Shown piece by piece: positions 29,815-39,608 of a stretch of 64,000 nucleotides of DNA. Position numbers and translations under genes: made by a program. The notes below the pieces were generated by a model. That model was given only the letters and a program-made list of their open reading frames with translations. It was not told where the DNA came from and ran no database searches. This DNA is from a virus, in IMG/VR virus record IMGVR_UViG_3300033145_001087, positions 47,431 through 111,430 of that record, one strand, 5' to 3'. Each line of letters begins with the position of its first letter. The stretch's first letter is position 1.

Positions 29815-30858
29815 TTACGCATCTGTGAAACAGCCCATACATATTGCTTTTTCATTGATTCTTGTCATTTTATACCAAGCATCAAGCAATACTTTGTGTT
29901 TCCTTTCGTCATCCAATGTGATAACTTTAACTTTTGCTTTTTCTTTCCAAACAATACCAGCTGCTGCTGATGGGTCTATGATATAAGCAAAATGTCCTGC
30001 TGCTCCCCAATCGCCTCTTTGGTCGTTTGTAGCGTCTGTTGTAGTTACTCCTGCGGATACAAGTGTTGAAACTTCAATTATAACACCAACATATTCTTCG
30101 ATAACCCCTTTCCTAACTACGGATGGTGCTCCAAATTCTGCTGCGTTAGTAAACTGTGAAGATTTCAATAGCTGTTTAAACTGTGTTGGGTGAATAAACA
30201 AAATAGCTTCTTCTGGTCTTTTTGCAAAGTCCATATTCTGCAATCTTATCTTCATATCTACAATCTTATCAACATCTATAACATCTCCTGTAACTAACAA
30301 ATCTACATTAGCTGCAAAAGCAGAATTGTCTGCAACAGTTGTTCCACCATAAATAGAACCTGCTCCAGTTGTTGCATTTATTGTTGCTCCTTCTAGAGTA
30401 AGATATGCATCTGTTTCTAGTGTTTTAAGATATTGTCTTGTTAGTTGTTTATGAGCCATTTCAACAATGCTAACTCTTGTAGCACTTGCTGTTTCAAACG
30501 AAACTGAACATCCACCAAGTTTAACATCTGCTGATGTTAGACTAACTGTTAGGTTGTCTGCTGAATCGAATGTAGTCATAACCCTTTCAATACCTTCTTT
30601 ATTTCCTGACCTGCCTCCCATTAGGTCAACATCTCCAATTTTTGGTATAACAATTGTTACGTCGTTATTTCCCATTAAATCGTTAAATTCGATAAAATAC
30701 TTTGAAAGTACTCTATCAGGCTGAGCGTCGAAGATTATCTTCTCACTCCATGTACTACCCATTATACTTCCTATACCTGTGGTTTGAGAACCCCAGCTTG
30801 AAGTACCAATCATAGTAACTCCTGTAGCAAGTTGCTCAGGTTGTTTTATTTCTGACAT
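29815..30858 (-). CDS. major capsid protein (HK97 fold)
   Basis: 347 aa after protease and scaffold; TWSEKI, TIVIPKIG, LFIHPTQFKQL, KGVIEEYVGVIIEVS. Confidence 0.9.
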   Translation of the reverse strand: MSEIKQPEQLATGVTMIGTSSWGSQTTGIGSIMGSTWSEKIIFDAQPDRVLSKYFIEFNDLMGNNDVTIVIPKIGDVDLMGGRSGNKEGIERVMTTFDSADNLTVSLTSADVKLGGCSVSFETASATRVSIVEMAHKQLTRQYLKTLETDAYLTLEGATINATTGAGSIYGGTTVADNSAFAANVDLLVTGDVIDVDKIVDMKIRLQNMDFAKRPEEAILFIHPTQFKQLLKSSQFTNAAEFGAPSVVRKGVIEEYVGVIIEVSTLVSAGVTTTDATNDQRGDWGAAGHFAYIIDPSAAAGIVWKEKAKVKVITLDDERKHKVLLDAWYKMTRINEKAICMGCFTDA

Positions 30859-30889
30859 TTTAATTATCCTCCTTAATAAATATATCTAA

Positions 30890-31741
30890 TTACATAAATT
30901 TTACTCTATTATTCCCAGGTTTGTTTTGTTCTCTAACTAATTCATTACAAATCCCTGCGAAAAAAGCACCATTTGAAAGTTGTTCTTCCTTCTCCTCTGT
31001 CTTCACTTCAGGCTCTTCATCACTTTTTTCTTCTTGTTCTTCAGGCAGTTCTTCAGTTTGTTCTACTCCTGTAACGGCTGGTGCTTCTTTGGTATCTCCT
31101 GTTTTCTCCAATGCAGCATCAACAATTTTCTCGAATTCTCCGAGTGTTTCGTCGTCTTTATTTTCTAACTGTTCAACTGTTTTTTCTTGCCCAAGAAGGG
31201 TAAACTTCTTACTTAATTTTTCAAGCCTTTCACTTCTCATTTTAGCATATAGTTTTTCTTCTGCTTCTTTATATCTATTCAATTGAGTCCCTAAGGATTC
31301 AACTTTTTTATCCAACTTTTCATTTTCCTTCATTAGTTGCTCTTTTTGAGCTTCTAAATCACTGTAATTAGCATAAAGCGTAACAAGTTCTTCACGAACT
31401 TCTTTTACTACTGCAAGCTCTTCTTTAGTTTGCTCTATTTCTGCTTCTATTTCTTTTTTTTCTTCTGTTGTCTCTTTATCACGAGGAGTTTCTTCTTCCT
31501 TAGGTTTTTCCTCTGATGTTTCCTCTTCTGTTTTGGGTTCCTCTTTAGCGGGTGCTACCTCTTCAGCAACTTCCTCTTCAGTAGGAGTTTCCTTTTCTTC
31601 AACAGATTCTTCTTTAGTATCTGCATCAGTTTCTTTCTCAGATTCTTCTGAATTTGTCTCTTCTACAGGTTTTTCTTCTGTAGTCTCCTCAACTTTTTCT
31701 TCAGCGGAATCTTGAAGTTTTTCTTCTGTTTTTGTTTTCAT
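30890..31741 (-). CDS. capsid scaffolding protein
   Basis: Very Glu-rich coiled coil immediately upstream of the capsid gene. Confidence 0.75.
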   Translation of the reverse strand: MKTKTEEKLQDSAEEKVEETTEEKPVEETNSEESEKETDADTKEESVEEKETPTEEEVAEEVAPAKEEPKTEEETSEEKPKEEETPRDKETTEEKKEIEAEIEQTKEELAVVKEVREELVTLYANYSDLEAQKEQLMKENEKLDKKVESLGTQLNRYKEAEEKLYAKMRSERLEKLSKKFTLLGQEKTVEQLENKDDETLGEFEKIVDAALEKTGDTKEAPAVTGVEQTEELPEEQEEKSDEEPEVKTEEKEEQLSNGAFFAGICNELVREQNKPGNNRVKFM

Positions 31742-31778
31742 TTATCTATCCTCCTCGTTAATCGAGTATAATTTTTTA

Positions 31779-32027
31779 TTATCCGGTTAGATTGCCTAAC
31801 CATGAATCAACCAAATGGTTGAAATAATCTGCTCTACTATTTTTTTCCATAGCATGTTTACCAGTAAATCTCTTTTTTAAAATGCTATTTGCGGCACGAA
31901 ATGCCCTTTGCTCATTTCCTTTAGTACTTTTATAAACCGTATTGAATACTGCTCTCCATTGTCTTTGAATTTTTGAACTATATTTCTTTACATATGCGGG
32001 TAACGATTTTATATCAGCATATGGCAT
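31779..32027 (-). CDS. chaB: ChaB-family protein
   Basis: MPY..IKSLPAYVK....QRQWRAVFN....EQRAFRAA is the ChaB pattern. Confidence 0.8.
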   Translation of the reverse strand: MPYADIKSLPAYVKKYSSKIQRQWRAVFNTVYKSTKGNEQRAFRAANSILKKRFTGKHAMEKNSRADYFNHLVDSWLGNLTG

Positions 32028-32028
32028 T

Positions 32029-32631
32029 TTAATTATCTACCATAATGCTATTATTTGGTTCTTGTCCTTGCATTACTAGACTAAGTTCTTTATAAGTTAA
32101 ATCTTTTCCTACTAATCCAAGCAATTCATCATAATCAGCAATTGAATAAATTGTAGCACTTACTTCTTTAATACTTCCATCTAAGACATTTCTGGCAAAA
32201 GTGTCACTATTTATATGTCCCCACCATCTAATACCTTTAATACTATCATCGTATTCTATTTGAGTAACTTGACCAATTATTTTTCCAGCTTCCGTATCTT
32301 TATGGTCTAACATCAAGGGGAAACTATTATTCAATGGATTAACGACAGATTTTTCAAGTTCTTCTGATGTATAAAACTTAGCTAATGGTCTTCCTTCTGT
32401 TAAAAAAACACCTTTAACTTTTAAAGGTAATTTAAATGCTCCTTTTTTAAGTTGTTCTCCACATTCGACAATTGAAGATAGTTTTTCACTACCAATTTCA
32501 TTCTTTTTACTATTATAATAATCATTTAAAATTTGAAGCCTACTAAGTTTTTCTAATTCTGTATACTTATATCTAATAAGTTTCAAATAATTATCTAATT
32601 TATATATAAGGTCACTTGTTTTTTCTTTCAT
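32029..32631 (-). CDS. prohead maturation protease
   Basis: PLMLDH, IIGQV, EVSA and YKELSLV..G, consistent with the phage prohead protease His/Ser motifs. Confidence 0.75.
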   Translation of the reverse strand: MKEKTSDLIYKLDNYLKLIRYKYTELEKLSRLQILNDYYNSKKNEIGSEKLSSIVECGEQLKKGAFKLPLKVKGVFLTEGRPLAKFYTSEELEKSVVNPLNNSFPLMLDHKDTEAGKIIGQVTQIEYDDSIKGIRWWGHINSDTFARNVLDGSIKEVSATIYSIADYDELLGLVGKDLTYKELSLVMQGQEPNNSIMVDN

Positions 32632-32945
32632 TTTATTTTATCCAATCTATCAAAGTGTGTATGTTTTAATTTTGTTTTAATTTTATTATGTAATCGTTCT
32701 ATATCTCTATATGATAATTCCTTCTTTTCTCTTTTTTGATAAAATCTATGTAATAATGCGTGTGTCAATATTAACTGGTCTTGTGTTAATATTTCAACAT
32801 CCATTTCCTTTGTTATAATAAGGTCCCCCCCGGGGGAATTATCTCCCCCCGAAGGGAATTTAGGTGAGACAGACGCACCGGTTACGCCATTATGAAGTTG
32901 TGAATCTAATCTTGATAATAATTCTTTATATTTCCTTTGTTTCAT
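32628..32945 (-). CDS. hypothetical protein
   Basis: 105 aa with ATGA overlaps to portal and protease. Confidence 0.6.
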   Translation of the reverse strand: MKQRKYKELLSRLDSQLHNGVTGASVSPKFPSGGDNSPGGDLIITKEMDVEILTQDQLILTHALLHRFYQKREKKELSYRDIERLHNKIKTKLKHTHFDRLDKIK

Positions 32946-34345
32946 TTTAAACCAGTTGTCGACATTCCACTTTGTTTTGCTTTCTTTTTAACGCCCTTTT
33001 GGCTACCAGCAGGACTTCCAGCCTCTGCTGGGTTCCATTCTTTAGCGTCTTCTTGTTTTATTTCTGTCTCTAAATTTTGAGTTGGTTTAAGAGTCTTTAA
33101 ATCTGTCGGATATAGCCCAATCATTTTTCGTGCTTCATTTAAATCTATAATACCGGCAGCATAAAGCTCGATTGCAAATTCAGTATTAACAGCAACATCT
33201 TCTGCTACATCTTCAAATTGTAATTTAGGAGGTTTAAATCCTGCTAATTCCCCATATTCTTCAAATATTTTATTAAAAAAATCTTCCATATATCGTTGAT
33301 TACTTCTAATAAGCGAATAAAAATGACGAGATAAGATAACTTGTTCTGCTCTATTAGAACCTCCTCCACCACTTCCACTTTCTCCAAGTAGAATTGCTTT
33401 TGGAACACCAAAAGTAGCAACAACAGCATTTAAAAAATAATCAGCATATTCATTAAAATTTTGTGAACCAGGCGATAAAGTATCTAAAGTCATATCCTCA
33501 GGGATAAAAACTTGTTCTCTACCACTTATATTACCAAGTATTGTTCCCCACATAGCAATTTGGTGTGGAGATTTAGTATTACATTTACCTACTATAATCG
33601 GATTAGCTATTTTAACCGCTGCTTCGGCGGCAGCATATTCCATATTCATAAGTCGTACTATAGTATCATAACCTGGTTGAATTGTACTTATACCAGTAAA
33701 ATCGTCTCCAAGTGTATTAAATTTAAGATGTTCTATTATTTCTTTTGGAACATCTTTTTTAACTTCTATTCCTTTATCATCTAAATAAGATTGTTCATAT
33801 CCAACAGGTTCTTTATTTTTATCTAAAAGTATTATATCACTTTCTTTTTTCTTTTTAAATCCTAGTGTTAATGGATGAACATGTTTAAGTCTTAAAATCT
33901 TCTTTTTGTTTGAACTATAAATTTTCTCTTGAAATCCATCTCCCGCAATATCAGTATTTACAGAAAGTTGCCAAAATAAATTAATTCCACCACTTTTATC
34001 TATAAGCTCTTCGCACTCTGTAACGCCTTTATCATCACCAACTATCTTATATCCCCTAGAAATAAGCGTATCCGCTCTAATATTTACTGCTCTAGCAACA
34101 AATTGATTAGTTAAATATAAAATAAAAAGCTCTCTAACATTTCTTTTTACTTTCGCTATCCCAATACCAGCTTCGTGTTTAGTAGTCGAAAGTGCAATAG
34201 CACTAGGATTACTTAGTGTTTTTAATTTCTCGGTTTCTTGCCTTTCAAGAATTTCTGCAGCAACAGCTTCTACTTCTTTGAATAACTGTTCTTTAGAAGG
34301 TTCTTTAAATTCTAATTGTTTTTGTTGTTCAACCATAATATTCAT
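32942..34345 (-). CDS. portal protein
   Basis: 467 aa; VARAVNIRAD, HVHPLTL, IEHLKFN..GISTIQ, ATFGVPKAILLG, NEARKMIGL. Confidence 0.9.
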   Translation of the reverse strand: MNIMVEQQKQLEFKEPSKEQLFKEVEAVAAEILERQETEKLKTLSNPSAIALSTTKHEAGIGIAKVKRNVRELFILYLTNQFVARAVNIRADTLISRGYKIVGDDKGVTECEELIDKSGGINLFWQLSVNTDIAGDGFQEKIYSSNKKKILRLKHVHPLTLGFKKKKESDIILLDKNKEPVGYEQSYLDDKGIEVKKDVPKEIIEHLKFNTLGDDFTGISTIQPGYDTIVRLMNMEYAAAEAAVKIANPIIVGKCNTKSPHQIAMWGTILGNISGREQVFIPEDMTLDTLSPGSQNFNEYADYFLNAVVATFGVPKAILLGESGSGGGGSNRAEQVILSRHFYSLIRSNQRYMEDFFNKIFEEYGELAGFKPPKLQFEDVAEDVAVNTEFAIELYAAGIIDLNEARKMIGLYPTDLKTLKPTQNLETEIKQEDAKEWNPAEAGSPAGSQKGVKKKAKQSGMSTTGLK

Positions 34346-34390
34346 CTCACCTAACTAGTATACCATTAACTATACTATTATACTATACTA

Positions 34391-34444
34391 CTTCTCCTAT
34401 ATAAATGTTTCGCTTTTGAAATAGAAACATTTATATACTAGAAG
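34391..34444. promoter_or_regulatory. back-to-back BRE-TATA promoters
   Basis: TATATAAATGTTTC (34398-34411) and GAAACATTTATATA (34424-34437) form a 14-bp inverted repeat at the strand switch. Confidence 0.85.
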
Positions 34445-34490
34445 TTACATATAATTGTATTATATATAATATATTGTTAGGTGATACAGG

Positions 34491-34844
34491 ATGGATGGAT
34501 TTTTAATTACATATGATTCAAAAAATGATATTTCTAGAGTAAAATTTAATCACATATTATTTGGTAGGATACTTTATAGGACACGAAGAGGCAAACGATA
34601 TGCTTATTATGTACCTGGTATGTTGGATAATACTCCTTTTTTTAGAATAATGAATTCTAGAATTTTTGTTCGAGATATAGATACTCTAAATATAGAGGTT
34701 TTAAAAGAATATGTTGAATTAAATATAGTAAAATGTATAAGGGAAATAACAGTGAATCATATGAAAACAGGAGAAAGATATTGGGAAGATTTTGCTAATG
34801 AAAAAGGGTTGAATCTTAAACGAGCTAAGAAGAGGACAATATAA
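34491..34844 (+). CDS. hypothetical protein
   Basis: 117 aa, SD AGGTGA, first gene of the rightward unit. Confidence 0.6.
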   Translation: MDGFLITYDSKNDISRVKFNHILFGRILYRTRRGKRYAYYVPGMLDNTPFFRIMNSRIFVRDIDTLNIEVLKEYVELNIVKCIREITVNHMKTGERYWEDFANEKGLNLKRAKKRTI

Positions 34845-35411
34845 ATGGTATCCGAAAGAAAAGGTAAACAAGGAAACATTTTAAAAGTAATCGAATTGGG
34901 GTTACAAGATAAAGTTTATAATGCTATGAAAAAAACAGGATTCTCTGTTGATGGATTATGTAAAGAATTAAATGCTACCGGTGTACAGATTTCTTCTCAA
35001 TCTATTAGTAAATTTATTAAACAAACAAAGAAAGCACAGCAACAGTTAATTAAAAAAGATATTAAAGCATCACAAGAGTTAATTAAATTATCTATGGATT
35101 ATAATAAAGCATTGAAAGATATTTTGAATGAAGTAGAAGAAGTTAAAAACTCTGCAAAAGATGATAAAGATTATACAACTTATAATCAACTAATAGGTAG
35201 ATTGTTACAAGGTATAGAACTATTTGCAAAATTAACAGGAGATATTAAACCAAAAGGAACTACCGATATTAAAATAATCTATAATGAAATAAATAACAAT
35301 ATAGAACAAGAAATGAAAGATGTAACAAATACTTTAGATACTACCATTAAAATAGATATAGATGAAGAAATAACAAAAGAAGATAAAGAAATGGAAAAAA
35401 TTATAAGGTGA
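34845..35411 (+). CDS. putative terminase small subunit
   Basis: N-terminal HTH-like segment, helical core, GIELFAKLTG..IKIIY tail; same strand as and upstream of terL; inference. Confidence 0.5.
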   Translation: MVSERKGKQGNILKVIELGLQDKVYNAMKKTGFSVDGLCKELNATGVQISSQSISKFIKQTKKAQQQLIKKDIKASQELIKLSMDYNKALKDILNEVEEVKNSAKDDKDYTTYNQLIGRLLQGIELFAKLTGDIKPKGTTDIKIIYNEINNNIEQEMKDVTNTLDTTIKIDIDEEITKEDKEMEKIIR

Positions 35412-35417
35412 GACTTT

Positions 35418-36152
35418 ATGAAAAAGAATATATTGATTATAGGGTTAGGAGAAGTTGGTAAGGCAATATACAACTTAGAAAAAAAAGCAAAAAATAACAT
35501 ATTTATCTCAGAGTTGAATATGGCACCTTCAAATAATATTAATATTGATGTTGCCCATGTTTGTATACCTTATGATAAGAGATTTATAAATACTATACTT
35601 AAATATTTAAATACTTATAACCCACATCTAACAATTATACATAGTACAGTTAAAGTTGGTTCAAGTAGATTAATTTATAAAAAATCAAAAAGATTAATTT
35701 CTCATTCTCCTATTATGGGAGTGCACCCACATTTAACGAAAAGTGTTCAGACTTTTAAAAAAATAATAGGTGGGACAAGTCTTAATGCATCTATAAAAAC
35801 AAAAAGCCATTTAATTTCCCTAGGAATAAAAACAGAGACTTTTAATAATTCTGACGAATCAGAAGCGTGTAAGATATTTTCAACATCATATTATGGATTA
35901 TGTATAGCATATATGAAAGAAATTCATAAATATTGTGAAGAAAATAATTTAGATTTTGGAAATGTCTATACTGAAATGAATAACGTTTATAATAAGGGAT
36001 ACGCCAAGATGGGTAAAAAGAATGTAATACGCCCAATATTGAAATATATGAAGGGACCTACGGGAGGACATTGTATTTTACCCAATTTAAAATTAATAAA
36101 AAAAGATATTAAATTAGCAAAAAAAATATTAGAGTTAGAAAATGAAAAGTAA
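35418..36152 (+). CDS. UDP-glucose/GDP-mannose dehydrogenase family protein (short form)
   Basis: GLGEVG Rossmann motif, IIHSTVKVG, ESEACK, GGHCILP. Confidence 0.8.
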   Translation: MKKNILIIGLGEVGKAIYNLEKKAKNNIFISELNMAPSNNINIDVAHVCIPYDKRFINTILKYLNTYNPHLTIIHSTVKVGSSRLIYKKSKRLISHSPIMGVHPHLTKSVQTFKKIIGGTSLNASIKTKSHLISLGIKTETFNNSDESEACKIFSTSYYGLCIAYMKEIHKYCEENNLDFGNVYTEMNNVYNKGYAKMGKKNVIRPILKYMKGPTGGHCILPNLKLIKKDIKLAKKILELENEK

Positions 36153-36744
36153 TAAAAAAATAATTTTAGGAGTTGGTAGTGGCAGATGTGGAACGCTTTC
36201 ATTAGCTGTTTTATTAGACCTACAAAAAGATTCAAAATTTACACATGAACGCCCACCACTTATGCCATTTGAACCATGTACACATGCCTATGATGCTAAA
36301 AAAAAACAAATTTTAGAATTAGAGGATACTTATGTTGGAGATGTAGCGTCTTCACTTATTGGATATACTGAATGGTTTATTGAAGATTATCCTAATATAA
36401 AAATTGTATGCTTAAAACGAAATAAAAAAGAATGTATTGAAAGTTTTTTAAGAAAAACAAAAGGAAGAAATAATTTTCAATATGGGAAAGAAGAAAGAAC
36501 TATTTTTTGTATAACAAGTCCTGACTATTCAGCAGATATTACAAAAAGAGAAGCTGTTGATGAATATTATAATGACTATTATCGAATAGCAGAATTTTTA
36601 GAAAAAGATTTTCCAAATAATTTTAAAATCTTCAACACAGAAGATTTGAATACTCACAAAGGAGTATCTGACATTTTAGAATTTTGTGAGTTTAAGGATA
36701 AAACAATATCTATAGGATTACAATTTAACGAGACAAAAAAATGA
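36142..36744 (+). CDS. sulfotransferase-like protein
   Basis: GVGSGRCGTLSL (PAPS-binding-like loop), KIVCLKRN. Confidence 0.65.
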   Translation: MKSNKKIILGVGSGRCGTLSLAVLLDLQKDSKFTHERPPLMPFEPCTHAYDAKKKQILELEDTYVGDVASSLIGYTEWFIEDYPNIKIVCLKRNKKECIESFLRKTKGRNNFQYGKEERTIFCITSPDYSADITKREAVDEYYNDYYRIAEFLEKDFPNNFKIFNTEDLNTHKGVSDILEFCEFKDKTISIGLQFNETKK

Positions 36745-37016
36745 TAATATCAATATCTTATGGAGAATTTAATGATAGTAACTTTCAAGAATTATTGGAT
36801 TACTTAGTACACGTCAATAAAAAACATACCTTGCAGAAATTAATAGTTCATCCATCATACTTTGCAGAGAATATGTTAAAACAATTTAATGGTGTTTGGT
36901 ATGATATAAGATTAAGTAGTTGTATAGAAAAAGGATTTAATAGATTAGAATATGGTAATTTACAACTTGAAGTAATAGTATGTTCAGTGATGAATGGCAA
37001 ATGGTGCGTAATTTAA
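36741..37016 (+). CDS. hypothetical protein
   Basis: ATGA-coupled 91-aa ORF. Confidence 0.5.
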   Translation: MIISISYGEFNDSNFQELLDYLVHVNKKHTLQKLIVHPSYFAENMLKQFNGVWYDIRLSSCIEKGFNRLEYGNLQLEVIVCSVMNGKWCVI

Positions 37017-37028
37017 GGAGTAAAAAAA

Positions 37029-37298
37029 ATGATAAAAGACTGGGTAATGGAGATAGTAAAGATGTATAGTTTTGTAGATGATATAAAGTATAAAAATCTT
37101 TATTATTATATACATTATAAAGTAAATGAAAAAGCAACATACAAAAGAATAAGTTTTCGGGCAACAAGACACCAATTAGAAAAATTAATTGAAAAAATAA
37201 AAAAAGAAATTAATTACCTTGAATTAAAAAAGAAAGTAGATAAAAAAATTAGAAACGAGCTTAATAACAAAGTTCCATTAATTAATATACGTGGGTGA
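37029..37298 (+). CDS. hypothetical protein
   Basis: SD AAGGAG, 89 aa. Confidence 0.5.
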   Translation: MIKDWVMEIVKMYSFVDDIKYKNLYYYIHYKVNEKATYKRISFRATRHQLEKLIEKIKKEINYLELKKKVDKKIRNELNNKVPLINIRG

Positions 37299-37303
37299 GA
37301 TTT

Positions 37304-37516
37304 ATGGCAAAAGATACAAAACTAGTTCATATATCAATAGTAGACGCATCAGTAGAAGATATTGAAATGCTTAGAAAGGCAATAAGCCAAATAAAGGGAG
37401 ATTTACCTTTCGAATTCTTAATAACAAATGATACTATTCAATTACACGATGTAAAATTCTTAATAGGTGAACTATATAAACTTTATAAAATGCAAGAAAA
37501 AAGGAAGAAAAAATGA
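37304..37516 (+). CDS. hypothetical protein
   Basis: SD GGGTGA then ATG at 37304. Confidence 0.5.
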   Translation: MAKDTKLVHISIVDASVEDIEMLRKAISQIKGDLPFEFLITNDTIQLHDVKFLIGELYKLYKMQEKRKKK

Positions 37517-38577
37517 AGAATAAAAAAAGAATTGGTTTCCTTAGTTTTTGGGGCTGGGGCAGGGGTATGTGCTATATTACTAAATGTTATGCTCAAATGA
37601 TTCAAGACGAATATGATGTCTTCATTTTAAAACAAGGAACGAATAAAATAGAAGAAGAGTTTAAACAGATTAACGCCACACTAACAGAATATCCCGAATA
37701 CATTGTTACAAAAGAATTTTTTACTAAGTGGGTTAAAGAAAACAAATTAGATGCTATAGTCTTTAACGAATATAAACAATGGAACAGTGATACGAATGAA
37801 TTAGTAAAAGCAACTAAAGAATTAGGGGTTAAAACATATGGGTATTTAGTTATGGAAAAATTTAAACCAGAACAAGCGACTGAATACGATAGGATTATAG
37901 CACCAACCGTAACGTTTGAACGCTTTATGAGAATATGCCAGGTTAGACATTTTACTTATATACCATTCTCTTTAGATTTAAATGAATTTCCTGATTTTGA
38001 AAGAGATAAAAATAAAAAATTTACATTCTTTCATCCTGGTGGTTGGGGCGGAGTATTTAATAGGAAGAATACTGATTTAGTAATAGATGCATTTAATAAA
38101 TTAAATGATGATAATACTAAACTTATAATAACTTCACAAAAACCATTGAATAAAAAAATTGATAATAAAAATATAGAAATTATAGATAAAAATTTAACAA
38201 GAAAAGAAATATTAGATTTATATCAACAAGCAGATGTGGTAGTATTACCAAGTAAATGGGAAACAATTGGAATACCAATCTTAGAAGCACTTGCATCCAA
38301 AACACCTGTGATTACTTCTGATAACCCACCTATGAATGAATTTATTATTGAAGGATTAAATGGTAGTATTTGTAAATCAGACTTAAAATTAATAAACGAT
38401 ATTTCAATTCCAATAGCAGAGATAGACGAAGATGAATTATCTAAAAAAATGAAATTGATAATGTCCCCTATGTATGAAATATTATTAAAAAATTCGAGAA
38501 AAGTTATAGAAGAAATCTATAATATAGATAAAAACAAGAACTACTTTTTAGAATTTTTGGAGAAAAATTTAAAATGA
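37513..38577 (+). CDS. GT4 glycosyltransferase
   Basis: RKNTD; ADVVVLPSKWETIGIPILEALASKTPVI. Confidence 0.92.
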   Translation: MKNKKRIGFLSFWGWGRGMCYITKCYAQMIQDEYDVFILKQGTNKIEEEFKQINATLTEYPEYIVTKEFFTKWVKENKLDAIVFNEYKQWNSDTNELVKATKELGVKTYGYLVMEKFKPEQATEYDRIIAPTVTFERFMRICQVRHFTYIPFSLDLNEFPDFERDKNKKFTFFHPGGWGGVFNRKNTDLVIDAFNKLNDDNTKLIITSQKPLNKKIDNKNIEIIDKNLTRKEILDLYQQADVVVLPSKWETIGIPILEALASKTPVITSDNPPMNEFIIEGLNGSICKSDLKLINDISIPIAEIDEDELSKKMKLIMSPMYEILLKNSRKVIEEIYNIDKNKNYFLEFLEKNLK

Positions 38578-39608
38578 AAATTTTAGGCTTAACACCAAAG
38601 AATCCAAATACAGGAGAAACGCCAGAAGAAATGTATCTTAGGAAATTGAGAGATTTAGGTCATGACGTAATTATTACAGATAATTGTACTGGGATAACTA
38701 CAGATATAGATATTATCGTATCTATGTCAGAAGTAACTTGTGAACAAGGATATGTATTATCAAAATTTTATAATAAACCATTTTATGCTCATATGGAATG
38801 GCTACCAAAATGGCGTATTGGTATAGAAAATGCAAGAACCTGGGGGGAATCTAGAAATTATACTTTCAAAGAAAAAATGCATTTCATACGTCAGTATTTA
38901 GAATATGCAACCTTTTGGCATTTAGCAGATGTAAAAACATTAGCATCCCCTGTTTTTTATAAAGATATGAAAAACTTTCTTGGTGTACAAGATTTAGAAA
39001 TAGAGAGTAAAAAACTTGGAGTAGATATGGATAAAATTAATAAATATTTAAATGAAACTGAAACAAGACCTAAAAAAGAAAATGAAATTACTTGTGTAGC
39101 ACGTTTTGTTCCACATAAACGAATTCATCATATAATAGAAGCTTTAAAATTAATTAAATTTGATGGAACTTTTAACCTTGTTGGTTATGGCTCTGAACAA
39201 CAAAAATATGAAGCTATTAAAGGAAATATGCAGATTAAATATTTTCCTAGTTCAGATAAATTTAAATGTATGGATAGGTCTAAGGTTACAATAGCACTTT
39301 GGAGTGGTTTAGTCCCAGCAGAATCTATATATCTTGGAACACCTGTAGTTACTTATGATAGCGAATATATGAAAGATTTATTTAGTAAGACCCTTTTTTA
39401 TGCTAAAAATAATAATGTAACTACATTAGCAAAAATGATAAAGAAAGTATTTAATTTTACAGATGATATGAGAAAGAACATATGTAATAATGGTATAAAA
39501 AAGATAGAAGAAGGACAGATAAACACAGTTACCCAAGATGAGTCCGTTAAACAATTAGAAGCATTAATACAAAAAGCATATAATAAAAAACATAAAGGTG
39601 AAAAATAA
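38574..39608 (+). CDS. GT4 glycosyltransferase
   Basis: CVARFVPHKRI, LVGYG, GLVPAESIYLGTPVV. Confidence 0.85.
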   Translation: MKILGLTPKNPNTGETPEEMYLRKLRDLGHDVIITDNCTGITTDIDIIVSMSEVTCEQGYVLSKFYNKPFYAHMEWLPKWRIGIENARTWGESRNYTFKEKMHFIRQYLEYATFWHLADVKTLASPVFYKDMKNFLGVQDLEIESKKLGVDMDKINKYLNETETRPKKENEITCVARFVPHKRIHHIIEALKLIKFDGTFNLVGYGSEQQKYEAIKGNMQIKYFPSSDKFKCMDRSKVTIALWSGLVPAESIYLGTPVVTYDSEYMKDLFSKTLFYAKNNNVTTLAKMIKKVFNFTDDMRKNICNNGIKKIEEGQINTVTQDESVKQLEALIQKAYNKKHKGEK

